Below, one piece after another: positions 35,901-48,849 of a stretch of DNA of 64,000 nt; within the stretch, counting starts at the first letter, position 1; each line of letters begins with the position of its first letter. The position numbers were made by a program, and so were the translations under genes. Source of the stretch: Blasia pusilla (lineage: Eukaryota); assembly GCA_050084515.1 (NCBI GenBank), contig CM114271.1, forward strand, positions 4,712,001 through 4,776,000, read 5' to 3'. A model generated the notes under the pieces. The model saw only the letters and a list, made by a program, of their open reading frames with translations, was not told the DNA's origin and searched no databases.

Positions 35901-38900
35901 AAGGATGTGGCATATGGCCCACTGCGACTCATTACTCAAAAGCTATTTATGGAAAGCACACTTCTTTGCCCAGACTAACTTTACATCAGAGAAACGAAGG
36001 GATCCAAGGAGGACTTATTATTGGGCTGAAAGACTCACCTTACCGATGAGTTTGAAAGGGGTAAGGCATCTTGCAATGCCAGCTGAAATAATGCAAAGTC
36101 CATGGTCAGAAGTTGCTCCATCAACTCTTGTTGTTGAGCTTCAGAGCCAGTAGATAATCCATCAAGAATGTGTGTTTGTCCGATTGCTGTCAATTTTTTC
36201 TTCAAACCTGCAAACCTCTCCTTCAGTTTCCGCTTTTCTTTGACTTCCTGCTTCATCACAAAAGTGTACAATGGCACTTGTGAGTGTTACTGGACAGGTC
36301 CAGAACCTGAGAATGTCATACAAGCACTATCGATGGCAGAGATGAGATGAGATGAGATGAGACGAGGCCATTCTGAGAGCTTGCAGTGGCAAATAGACAA
36401 GCATTCACTGGTGTAGAAAACAAAGCCAGATGAACCATTGTGCAAAACTTTTTGAGGACAATCATATCCATGGAGACAGTCAGTGTCCACCTGCTTGCGT
36501 TTGGCCTTCACATCTTTGCCATCACCTGGGGCGTTCAGCTCAAGAAGTCCTGCTGGTGGGGTAATCTCCACCCGCCTCATATGCTTGTCAACAATAGGAA
36601 CAATGTCTTTAACAAATGGTATCCAGACCTTGCGATCGCTGCTGCCACCAGCTGAGGCTGTCAGGCTCACTTGCAGGAGGTCAGTATCACCACCGGTATT
36701 GAACACATCTAGCACCACACCAATTTCCTGCCCTGTTTCCTGCATACAGAAATCTTGCATCAGAAGACTCCTTCCCTTAATGCAGTGGACCAAGTGCATC
36801 ATCTATGGGCAAGAGACGAGTTGCTTTCAGATGAAAAAACATCAAAATTCGCATATTTCAAGAGAAAGTAGCACAACCCAATTCTCTGTGAACTTCCATT
36901 TATATTGCACATTCAAACATTTTTACTTGAAAACGGCCCAGTACCTGAAGGGCCACTGACATGCCAACAAGATCTGGAATGTAGAATTCGTCCTCATCTA
37001 AAGAAGGTCTATCTGTCACAAGCATGGTTGATCCCACTAGCTCACTGGCCTGCACAAACTCAAGTGCATGGTATTAAGGTCTTGCTGCCATATTGAGGTT
37101 GCACTTGTGGCAAAGACACATGGATCATAGCTTGCAGTCATGCAGAGAGTCAATCATATCATCCTTAAGCTGGAAAATAGATCAAATCTACTATAAGTCA
37201 ACAGTAAAGGGGTATAAAAACGCCTACAATTTAAGGACAGAAAAAATTCCCTCAAGTAAACTTTACTCCCACATGTTGACATCCAGCTTAAATAAGACCC
37301 AAAAAATAAAAGTATACATGGACACTGGACAGTGGACACTGGACAACCTTCTCTAGAGTGTCGAATCCATTTAAAGTGATGAGCCATGAAGGACGTCTGC
37401 CGGATCGTTCCCTGCCCTCCACAAGCTCGACACGCTGGAGAACAGGTTTACCCATGGAGCGACTACGTATCCATCTTGTTCCTGGCTGGTCAATCACAGC
37501 AACCTTTGATCAATTCAAGCACTCCTTGTAAAATATCATGCTTACTTAAGTTCAGAACAAGAGCTTAGCTAGCCAACGACCTCTTCTCCCATTTTACATT
37601 CAACATGTGACTAAACATGACAAGTAGATATACTTGCTATCCAACAGGCACTCCAGCATTAGACTGGACTAGCTTTTAAGACTCATGAGATTAATTCAGT
37701 CTTGTAAGAGATCTAGCTCAGTCTTCCAATTTTCCTTCTCGAATGCACAATTTAGTTATTTCTGAACATAAGTAGTACGATGAGCCACAATCAACTCAGG
37801 AGAAGCACCCGCTCACACCTTCTCGAATCGTTCTTCAGGGAAATCTGTCAGGGAATGCACGTGGAGCTCCCCATTTACTCCATGAGTATCAGCAATGTAC
37901 CCCACTTCCACGAAGTCTCCAGCATCTGGAATCTCGTCTTCCAACAGAGGACTCAGATTACCTTCAGAAACAGACAAGCACAAGACATTATCACCCAAAT
38001 TTTGGTGGAGCTTGAGAACACTCATGACAACACTGTAGTTCTCACACAGGTGTGTGACGTGACGGCCAGAGACCACCACCTGGAACTGGACCTGAGGACC
38101 TCCTAGGTGGTCTTCGTATGGGCTCTCCCTGCTCAGGAAACTCCACAGGTGTTCCAGATTCAGCAGGAGACACAGAATCTCATGCCCATTCCAATACACC
38201 AACCATCATCTGATGCTTTGCACTGTCAAACTAAAAAAAGTTCAAGGGACCTCTCTCCTCTGAGCCTCTCAGTGTGCACCCAACCCTGCCTCTAGCACCA
38301 TCCAACAGAGCGCGGGGTATCTGGTAGCCAACCTACAACAGGCACTACTTCATGAGTAGTATATATCTCCATCTGATTCACAACACAATGAGTACCATCC
38401 TATGCAGAAATTGCTAGGCTGGTGACACCAGAGCCATACATAACGTTCAGTAGCCTAAATTCACTGCCTACAGCTGCTGCACTGGTAAGTAACACATGTA
38501 ACACATGATTTCAATATGGTCAGCACTCACATTATATGAGGGTGTCACTCATCCTCTCTCTCCTACTGTTCAAGCATTCGTGGATACCATAACCAAAGCA
38601 GTGGGCAAACGCTCACAGCAGAACAGCATGGAGGAAGCCATGAAAATGTCTGACCTCTCTCTCTTGACGGTATATCCCGAGAAGGCAGAACTGAATAAAT
38701 ATTTGCGGGGAACCCCTTGCTTGGGAACCTGGCTCAAGTTCAAGTTCAGAACGGGGGCAATCCCCTTGAACCATAAGAAAAGCAGGATGGGAACACAACT
38801 AAACTCTTGCGCCTTGTGTGACGATGGGGATGAAACCTCTAGTCATTACTTGGTCTCCTGCGCAAAATTCACATCTCACAGAGCAAGAGCATATGCTGAT

Positions 38901-40772
38901 ATTGCTAAGCTGGTAGCACCAGAACTGTTCAACACATTCAGTAGGCTTGATTCATTGCCCAAAGCTGCTGCACTGGTAAGTAATGTCTATTTGGGATCCC
39001 AACCAGGTAAAGTAGATGGTGTGGTGAAGATTTTCTTGGTTGACACTTGGAAGCTCCGCACAAACACGTTGTTTGGTCAGCACTCACACTGCATGAGAGT
39101 GTCTCCCTCCTCTCATATGGTACCTTCTTCACTTGCTCCTCTCTCTACACCTATCCCAGTCTCAAGCAACGTCCAACCAGGGCGCGGGGTCAATGGTCGC
39201 AAGGCTACGACAGGCACTACTTAATGAGTACAGTCTCCTACTGTCCAAGAGGGCAGGTTCCATGGTCGCAAGGCTACAGGCACTACTTAATGAGTAATAG
39301 CCTCAGGGACTCCAGTGGACAACATAATTGACGTCTCTCTCTAAACCCTACATAAACCCTCTCTAAACCCTACATCCTGTTGGTGTCAATAACTTTTGTC
39401 TCTCTAAACCCTGTTGCAGAGAATGAATGAATTGATATACTGTCCACAGGAGCCCAGAAAAAGGGTCATGGGACTTTGATTTGCAGTTCATGCAGGATTT
39501 ACTAATCTGAACCTGGTTCTTGCAGGTCATGAAGTCAGCGAGTGTGAGGGTAGGACCTCTGAAGAAATCTGGGAACACAAGTCTGATGTACTCGTGGTAA
39601 TTGTAATTGAATAAAAAAATGTCACTCCATCATAAAAAAAAATTGAGATTCCGTGCTTACATAATCTTTCCTCTCTTTTGGTTTGTGACAACTTTCCTTT
39701 CTCTAATTCTAAGTCTGTAGAACCACATCGGAATCTAGCAAGTGGATTACGGAGTTTAGTGGGCATTTTGGTAGAGATGTGAGATGCCTGTGCCCCACAT
39801 CGCTCGGTATTTGCACTAATGCTGCATCCTTTCTCCATTTTTTCCAGACTGGACGCACCTGCTCTCCATAGCTTTTGCTGCTTATCTCAGGTAATAAATA
39901 TACAGTCGTTCCATAATATCTCCAAAAGGTCTTTGTGAGTGCTTGTTAGCAGATCATCAATAGATACGCCCCACTTGTTAAGCCATACACTGCACTACTG
40001 ATATCGATTCCTTGCCCCGGTAGCCGATAGCCGGTAGGGGCAGCACTATCCTTGCAAGCTTGGAAGGCTCTTACAGAGAGGCGATTAGGGTCGTCCTCGG
40101 TAATAGCTTCGAGGAGCTGAAGAAATGCGGTCAGGCTTTTGACTGCATAAATCTCCATTGGGACTTCTCCAAACGCTGCAAATGGTAGGTCATGGGGGAT
40201 TGTCATCCTGACACTCGGCCAACAATGCATAAAGAGATTCTGTGGGATCTCCAGTCACTTGAGCCATTAATTGGCATTCGAACCCCAAACATCAGGAGCA
40301 TACAGAGCGGCTGGAATGACGATGGCTTTCAAGAGTGTTGGACTTCTTGTGGTGTGTTCCACACTTCCATTCTCTTGCAGTTGGATTCCAGCAGATGAAG
40401 ACATCTCACCCGTGCAATAACTTTGCTGCGACCGTTATTCGTTCTCCAATTGATGGTGGGGTTTGAACAGAGAGAGAGGGGGAGAATTAGGAAGACAGCG
40501 CATAAAAAGAACCCCATACAATGTGGATACTCACCAGACTGAGCCATCTCTGTAATGCCCCCGCGTGCTGCTCTCGTCGCCCGGCTGTCATCACCATTTC
40601 CTCCTGCTCCTCCTCCTCCTCCTGCGGCTCTTCGACGTTGCTTGCTCATGCTCAATCCAGTCTTCGCGCTCCATCCCTCTGCAGACCTGTTCCGTCCCGT
40701 CAGAAAATTCACGCAAGCAAACGTCGGCACCATCGCCATCATCCTTGCCCTCACCACAAGCGCTGAAGCCAT
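32944..40772 (-). CDS. rimM: Plastid-type RimM (16S rRNA processing) fused to a UDP-N-acetylglucosamine pyrophosphorylase domain; 11 exons, about 846 aa
   Basis: Phase-consistent GT-AG exon chain: 40535-40772, 37819-37961, 37348-37485, 36945-37049, 36491-36739, 36039-36247, 35491-35827, 35200-35319, 34732-34920, 33386-33934, 32944-33207. RimM motifs VGYIADTHGVNGEL, TDFPEERF, EFYIPDLVG, WIPFVKDIVP, TPPAGLLEL. UAP motifs LAGGQSTRLG, APNGNGG, VDN, KLERFIFDAF, EFAPVKN. Exon 1 resembles a transit peptide. Extra small exons in intron 1 cannot be excluded. Confidence 0.9.
38330..39300 (+). mobile_element. 5'-truncated RTE/RTEX-like LINE fragment in intron 1
   Basis: ORF 38505-39224 with LKFKFRTG..L...CALC...ETSSHYLVSC C-terminal zinc motif. 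Repeated caggcactact(t)(a/c)atgagta units at about 38340, 39211 and 39277. Second copy at 63.0-63.9 kb. Confidence 0.75.
39340..40330 (-). mobile_element. 5'-truncated RTE/RTEX-like LINE fragment in intron 1
   Basis: ORF remnants PFAAFGEVPMEIY and LARFRCGSTDLELEKG...REERLCK. The 3' end is homologous to 62050-62260. Confidence 0.7.
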
Positions 40773-41135
40773 TCTCCCGTCTCCGCTTCGCTCGATTCCT
40801 CCCTTGTTTCGAATTCAATCGCTCGCAGTCCAATCTAAAGACAAGCCCCAGAGCAGTCGGTGCACGGACGGAGGACGGAGACGGAGGACGTGAATAGGGC
40901 GTGTCACGCGGCGTCCCGTGGGCATTTTCCGTGCTTTGCCGTTGGGCGTTCCACGGGTAAGACGTCTGAGCCGCTGCAGGACATCTGTAACCTACGGGTT
41001 GGTCCACGGGATATAGAGTGACACGCCCCACTGTGGCCTTCACATTATACGGGCGAACCGGGGAACATGACTCCATCCGGCTTCACACTCGGCGACCTGT
41101 GACACAGGTCATTTAAAAAGGGTGACTGGTGTATG

Positions 41136-41227
41136 CAGGTTGCCAAGAAATGGGTGGGAGTAAGGGCACTCATCCTCCCAAACCTTCAAAACAGGTTGCC
41201 AAGAAATGGGTGGGAGTAAGGGCACTC
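41136..41227. repeat. 36-bp direct repeat upstream of rimM
   Basis: caggttgccaagaaatgggtgggagtaagggcactc at 41136-41171 and 41192-41227. Confidence 0.9.
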
Positions 41228-42795
41228 TCTACTGATTTTTCTTTTTCTTCCTATTTTCTTTTGTAAGGATGAAACTTGATCGTCACCTTGGCCCATAAGG
41301 TCTCCTCCCAAAAATCCAAGATGAGGGGTACAAGTATCTGAGTTAATTTAAAAATTGCAAAGCTACCTGATTAGCTAGATTCATCCAATAGAAGCAATTA
41401 AAAAAACCACTAGTATAATGCATATTTACCTTAAAAATATGAGGGCATTTATTTTGTGATTTAATGAAAATGCCTCATATTAACCCTAAAAATATGAGGG
41501 CATTTTACTTGGAAAGGCAAGGTGGGGCGAGGGAGGTATATTATTAAGTGGTATTTTGTTTGAATGTTAAGAAGTAGAATGTTATTTCAATGTTGAAGAG
41601 TGGAGGTTATTTATTATGTTAAGTTAATTCTTATGATAGGGAATAGGATTGGAGAAGTGGGATGTTTGTGTCATCACCACCATTGGAGCCAAAATGAATT
41701 CATCATTAGACCTACATGTTCTTCAAACATTTAAAAATTCACATTGCCAAAGGAGGGTTTCCCAACACAACATTGATCTTCCCAACTTTTAATAATATAG
41801 ATAGAGAATCTTTCAGAGTAAAAATGACTCACAACGTTATCGATGTACATTGATATATCGAGCCTTATCCACCTTGAGGGAATCCTAACGCTAGCATCCT
41901 AGTCCCAAAACATCTTTTCATGTTAGGAGGTGCATGCAAATGAAGGAGCAATGATCTTTGCTCAACAAGTCACCTTTCAAAGACCAAAATAGAAAAATCA
42001 CGAGAAATGACGTTTTGACACAATTCACATATTGTCAACCTCAGCTCAAGAAGAAGGTACATACAATGCAATGTTTAGTATCTATATAAATTATGAATAT
42101 ATGTGTTTGGTGGTGTTATAAGAGATCCATACAAAAATATCTATATTATTATGAAGATGACAGTGCAATTTCTTAATTTCAAACCAAACATCCCTCCAAC
42201 ATGAGGACTTTAATTGGTAACACTTGCACACAAAAATTATGGAAGGTGACAAGCAAGAAAATCTTTCCATCATGGAGCCTCTAGGTAGCATGAAAATTAA
42301 GATTGAATTCTATATTTGGTACTCACGGTAGGGAAGCTTAATCTTGGCTAGTCGTTGCGCGATTATCATTAGTCAATCAAAATTAGTCGAGACTATGGTT
42401 AAGATTATACACTATATGAAAGAAGGGACGAGCCTCCACTCATTCTCTCATTGCAAATTTTGTTCTCCATGGTGATGTGTATGGAGCACATTACTAGAAT
42501 ATATTCCAACGCATCCAAAATCAAAAAATCCAATTTAATTTGAAAGTGCAATTAATGAAAAAATGCAATTTGAGTAAGAAGTTCTTTCATATACTCAATT
42601 TTAAAATTTGAGGTGAGTGGAATTAATAGTAGGAGTGGTCTATGCCTCAATTGGAGCAGAGAAAGCATGAAATTACATTTTTTGTGAGTGAAAATGTTTA
42701 TCATGGAGTATTCTCAACAACAATCACAAACTAAATAAATTAATGAAACAAAACACACTTTAGTTCACTTCATTACAAACGCCTACTACCCCACG

Positions 42796-44281
42796 TGTCA
42801 CGCCCTTTAGGATAGATCGGTGAGATTATCTAGGCCATTATAGGCCCAATAAACTTAATAGTTTTGCATTTGGAAAAAAACTTAAATGAAAATATGATCG
42901 ACTTTCTAAATATTGAGCTAATTACAAGGAGGTGACTTGGGAGAATAGGTTACCATGAAGAGAGCTTGGGAGAAATATATCCCAAGGAGAGAGAGCTTAA
43001 TGATTGTTGAATCTTAGCATGGCGGAGGAGCTATGGTCCCTTGCCTTGTGAGTGTAACCCAAGCCTCTCATTAGGAGTGGGTTTGGTTTCATGAGAGAGA
43101 GTGCACACCTTTGAGAGCTATGGTGTGAGATTATTAGAGAGAGATTAGATCTTATTTTACAAAGAGAGAATGAGAGAGTGAGAAAGCTTCATCGATGGAC
43201 ACTGCTCCTCTTCGCTCAAAATGGGATCTCAAGGGTTGCTTGGATTGTTCTTTCCTTTTCGATAGGATTGAGTAACTGCCCCATTCTTTGGGAGCACCAT
43301 GTCTTATTTATACAGGTTTTACATTTTTTGGGAGGAATTACAATTTTATGTTGGAGAAAAGACATTGGGCTTTGGCTAGAATGTCCGATTCTAAATATTT
43401 TTAATGATGGCGATTTGAATCAATTTTCGATGAGAAAAAGGTTATGATCAATCTTGCAAAATTTCCATTTTATTTTTAGGTTAAATTGTGCAAACCCTAA
43501 ACCAGCCGCCACATGGCTCGCCGCGCGCGTCATAGTCTTATCACCTCCTGGTCAACTTTTAATATCACCATCAATTCCTAAAATGGTCCACCTTGTTGTC
43601 CACCCTTGGTTGCCATTCACGGAGTGGAGGGTCTTCCACAAGGTTCGTTGATTCCGCCATCATGTACTTTGTTTTGTGCCACTCATCAAAGACGGCATAT
43701 GACCTCCTATTATAGTGTTTGAGTTTTGATTTCCTTCTAATATCAACTAGCGACCGCCTTTGTCTCGCAGCCGATCCGGAATTATGGAGAAAATTGGGGT
43801 TTATTGTTGATTGCACCTTTATTTCTAAGAGTTTTTTCATCCGGGAGAATATGACTTGCTGATTCGAGGATTGCGAGTTGGGGTAGAGATTTTGTTCGAC
43901 ATTGACATGTTATTACCCATTTTGGTCCTTTATTGTGAGGGTTTCTGGGATTTTGGTAGTTTATTTGGGAATACTGGGTATGTGGATGTTACATCATTTA
44001 TATGTGGTTTAGGGGACATAGCTTGTTGTCGAGTTGAGGTTAGGTTATCGATGAAATGATAACATGGTATTTGCGCCATATTCGCTCATTACATGTCTCG
44101 GGTAGGTTTGATCACATGTTTGGGATGAGTGATTGAAAGATTACTCACGAGGCAAGATGAGAAGGGCACGAGGTTCATCGCGTCCGGTCGGGACTTTCGA
44201 GGTGGTGAATCCGAGAGTATCTAGAGGTTTTATGCGGAGTGGCGTGAGGTTCCGAGGGTCTTCACTTCAGGGGCCACCTCA
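42796..44281 (+). mobile_element. Fragment of the DNMT-Gypsy family (A repeat plus leader), riddled with small deletions
   Basis: Starts tgtcacgccctttaggatagatcgg and is collinear with 15598-17815. May be distorted by assembly consensus errors. Confidence 0.8.
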
Positions 44282-47200
44282 GCATGCAAATGAAGGAGCA
44301 ATGTGCTAACTTTTCAAACGACATCGCACATCTGATACAATGCAATGTTTAGTATCTATATAAATTATGAATATATGTGTTTGGTGGTGTTATAAAGAGC
44401 ATAAAAATATCTATATTATTATGGGAGAGTGCTTTCTTGATTTGCAAACACCTCACTGTTAGACACATGGGAATTGGGAAGCAAGAAAATCTTTCACATG
44501 CTCTAGGTAGCAAGAATACAAATTCGGATTTGCGTACAGTGTCATTAGTCCCTTGTCTGACTATACACTAGCAAAAGCTCTTTCCGTACATCGTATGGGC
44601 ACATTACTAGAATATATTATAAAAAATCCATAATTTAAGGTATCGAGTAAGAAGCATATACTACTAAAAGCATCGACCATGAAGTGGACTTAATAGTCCT
44701 ACAAACTAAATAAATTAATATCAAAACATACAACGAAATTATCTACATTATACAATAAACTTAATAGTTGCATTAAAAAGAAAATGAAAATTGAGAAATA
44801 TTAGCTAATTACAACTTGTGCGATAGCCAAAATATATCCTTAATGATTGTATTCATGTACTCCACAGAGAGTGGGTCTTCAAGAGGAAGCCACCCCTCTT
44901 AAGGGCATTTCGATGTCTTACTCAACTTTGTCAATCGATACGATCATGCTCCTCTTCCAAAATATCTCAATCTCCTTTTCTAACTAGCTTCCTCCCATAT
45001 ATATACACTAAATACATGGCTAGAGAAGTTCTATCTTCTATTTATTTTTTTATTAGTCTTACCCTTTTTTTAAGCATACTTGGTTTCGTTGTTTATATTG
45101 CCATTGCTTTCGTGGCATGTAATTGTGAGCATTCACTTTATTCCACCTAAGTTTCATAATTCCGCATTGCTATAAGATTTGTTCAATTACTATACTTTAT
45201 AGTTTCCACTTAGTTTACCTTATAAGGCTTTTCTATGCGCATACATATTCTCAATGTCATTTGACACTCGTGAAAGCCATATCATCTGATTTCGGTGGAT
45301 CAGGTGTCACTTGACACATGCAAATGCATTGTGACTTCATACCTACGGACTTCACAATTTGTGTTAATATCCACAATTTCCTTACTTTCGTTGGGCAAGT
45401 GACATTCACATCATCCACGTTTGTCGTGCTTTCCATGGCCAACCATAATTGCAAATACTTCGTCATCCTACAATCCGCTTAACATGATATGTGTAAACAC
45501 CTAGTACATACATGGGAAATCTAAGATACAATATAAAATACGAAAAAAATATTTCAATTCCATATCGCACTCGCTAGGTTTCATCAAATAAACCATGAAC
45601 TTCCCCACTACCAATTTTCATTATTATTAGCATCTTCTCAAGCTCAATACATCCATACATTATTTCATTAAATCCTATGTTGGCCACATTCTTGCATGAG
45701 CATCTCATTAGTATAGTCTTAACTCAAAACAACTAGAATGAAGAAATGAAGCCTCAATAAAAAACGATTGATGCAAAATCCATCGGGAGTACAAAAGGGG
45801 AGGACACGAAGAGTCAATTGCGTGAAGGCTACAACCAGCCCAAGAAAAAAAGGGGTATCCCTCCTATCGGCTAAACTCACCAAAAATAGAGGCAATATAA
45901 AAAAATTTCCTACATAGCAATGCCTACCACTAAGTGGGCCTCTAGCGCGGATGTCTTCCACTACCTGAGCTCGATGTCGTGTCAAGAGCTTTTCTTTGAG
46001 TAAGGGCGTACCTTCTAGCTACGACAGACGTGGTTGATATAAGGTGAACTCTATAAGAAGTTTTCCTTTCTCAGTACAGAATTATTATATAAACCCTTCA
46101 TTTTCTCACGAATGGTAATCTCGAGGCGATCACTTCTTCATAACATCGAATCCCAAAATTCCTAACTATGAAGTCTTTGCAAACTACTTTATGCTTGTAC
46201 ATAAGAATAATAGCACAACTAGTGTGAAACCCTACTCGAGCACGCCTTCTAACATCCATGGATCGCTATGTAAGAACATACCGCGTACAATCCTATGTCC
46301 TCCTATACGTGATAATAAGAAGAATCACCAAAGTTTGAGATTGCATGACCTGGTTCATGAATGCCTCACCAAAGTGATAAACTAGATAACAAGTAAACTA
46401 GTGCATATCTACAAAGAGAACCTTCATGTGGTACGAGTTAAGGAAAGGAAAATCAGGTATAACTCATGCTCCATCCCTATCCATACTTGACGGACATCCT
46501 CTACTCTCCGCAAGAATGAGTTTTGGCAGAGTTGCTCTCTTAAGAGGGATAATCCACTTTCATTGGGAAAATTACAAGCCAAAACCATCAACTATCTCTA
46601 GTATGACTAAACTCCCCTAAGATGACAAGTCTCAAATCTCCACACATACCACACTCTAGAAACCTCTCGAAGAATAGACCATAGTTAAGTTACTCTCCCA
46701 AGAAGAGTAATCTACTCGCATTGGAAGAACAAGCAAGCCCAATGCCATCCACTCAAGAAATGAAGTAGAAAGTTATAAACCCTTGAAGATCCCTCATCTT
46801 TATGTACTCGCAAGGGATCCACAAGAGTACAAAATAGGGCTATTTTATATTGTGCCACATGGTTTCCTCTCAAGGCTTAGCCAATCATATTTTGACATAA
46901 GTATATTACATCTCATCTCTTCCAAAATATCCTCATTTACTTACTTCATATCTTCCAAACTACCCCAACTACCCTAGCCACCAAACAAGTCTATTTTTTT
47001 TTTTCTTTCATTAATACACCAACCTCACTACTTTATTTCTATTCTCCCATGTCTTATTTATTACTTCTTTTACTAAAGTTGGGCCCACACAAATGAGCCA
47101 CCGTAAAGAGGTCTAAACATGGAAATTTCATTTTCCTAAGCTAATTTACTTAATACTAATAAAACTCTTTCTAACACTTAATGAGAAAAGAATTCACATT

Positions 47201-47329
47201 GTGGGAAATTTACTATACGACACCGCCCTAAAAGCCTATTAGCCTGGGTACACTACAAAGTTATGGGGACCCATTGTCTATAATAAAAAATTGCAATAAC
47301 TAAGGATAATCCATTTTTTGACCAGAGAT

Positions 47330-47461
47330 GATAAGTGTAGTATGTAAGGAACGAGTCAAACTTCTCACCCATAGCCCCATACATCTCTATGGCTGGTGGG
47401 ACAAATCGATATCCATCATGAAGTCAACTATAGAGATGGGTCTTCTTCATTGCCATCGCCG
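47330..47461 (-). mobile_element. 3' remnant of the second CRE-like LINE endonuclease
   Basis: Translates AMAMKKTHLY...RFVPPAIEMYGAMGEKFDSFL, homologous to AARIKELSY...FIPFAVEVFG; continues from 59073 across TSD gccg. Confidence 0.75.
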
Positions 47462-47587
47462 TGTCATGCCTATACACATTACTACACAACATACATCGTT
47501 GTCGAAAAACATACACACAAACACGCACGATCCCATGCTAACTCATGGCATCCAAACTACGAGACAAGAAGTACCAAAATATCTCCA
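47462..47587 (-). repeat. Repeat segment B (terminus of copy 2)
   Basis: Reverse complement of B, preceded on the minus strand by the last about 30 nt of A (47589-47618). Confidence 0.9.
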
Positions 47588-48267
47588 ATAAAAATACGAT
47601 CCAATCTCTCTCAACACCTAAGATTGAGGGTGAACATCCCCCAAAAATGGGATCTACTCACTCTACCTCAAAATAGCTGAATTCACTTGTCCTATCCACC
47701 AAGTAAACTGATTTTTTTTCTACCACTCAAGAAATTATTTCTACCCAATTTTTTTGAAATTTCACTCATACATTGAAATGGTGGCTATGGAAGCCCACAA
47801 AAAGTGTCGTAACTTCATGCTCAAATATTGGATCATGCACCGTTTCTTCTCCAGCATGCACAACTTCTCGATCTATGAGTTCATCAAATTGGTTTCTCCA
47901 TTTGATCTTCCACCAAAAATTGAACTATCGTGTAGCCTAACGTCCCTTTCTCCTACACAAAAATTGGCAACGCTTCCGCCCTGATTTATCCCAAAAAATA
48001 TATAAAACCTATCATAAAACAAACCAACGAGCTACATGGTACTCCTTAGAGCACCAGTATGGAGCAGTCCGCCCCCATTGGGCAGCGCTTCCGAGTGCCA
48101 CTCTCATATATGAAAATCAACAATGCAAAACAACAAACTACATCGCTCCTGCCCCTATGAGCACTCCCATGAGCCATGAAGTGATGAACATGGTCCCCCA
48201 ACCTGAAAAACAAGCAAGCAACCTGAGAGCTCTCCCATGAAGCTCTCCCACTCACTCATTCTCTCTT

Positions 48268-48774
48268 TGTAAATTGCGATCCAATCTCTCTCAACACCAT
48301 AGCTCTCAAATGTGTGCTCTCTCACATGTCTCTCTCAATGTCAAACCAAACCCACTCTCCTAATGAGAGGCTTGGGTTACACTTACAAGGCAAGCAAGAC
48401 CATAGCTCCGCCGCCTCATGCCAAGAGGTTCAACAAAGAGAGAATTAGCTCTCAAACTCTCTCTCCTTGAGGTATACCCCCTTCCCTCTCCCAAGCTCGG
48501 TCCTCGGTAACCTATGCTCGCACGTCACCTCCTTGGCTCTTGACCTGTTTAAGCGGGTCAAGGGCCACTTCCCAAAGTGGAAATTCAATATGGAAACTTA
48601 CCCAAAATAGTAAGGTTCTCTATATGGCTCCAAATGAGCCGAAACGAAGGGAAAACCTGCTCTCTCAGGTTTCCCAGGACCTCAGCAGTCATCCTCGATC
48701 TCCTGAGCCTGACCTTCTCTACTCGCAAAGGCGTTACATGTGATCACTCCGATCTGTCCTAAAAAATCGTGACA
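48268..48774 (-). repeat. Repeat segment A, followed by partial leader (47640-48267)
   Basis: Reverse complement of A starting tgtcacgattttttagg; leader homologous to 58230-58926. Confidence 0.9.
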
Positions 48775-48849
48775 ATCTGCGGACTGGCAACGTCGCTAGT
48801 GGGTGCTAGAGAGCGGGATCGGATCACAGCGAGCCAGATGGTTCCGGTG

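Noticed and set aside
38030-38180. Extra rimM exon (DSVSPAESGTPVEFPEQ...) and a mini-exon near 40410-40440
   Set aside because: Weak splice sites; exon 1 joins 37961 in phase without them. RNA-seq needed.
41136-41227. CRISPR-like 36-bp repeat pair
   Set aside because: Only two units, eukaryotic context and no cas genes; a simple local duplication.
44581-44610. Helitron-like hairpin plus CTAG
   Set aside because: Followed by A rather than T and lies in the suspected assembly mosaic.
45250-46450. Possible MULE SWIM or zinc-knuckle remnants on the minus strand
   Set aside because: Motifs incomplete and interrupted by stops; cannot be supported.
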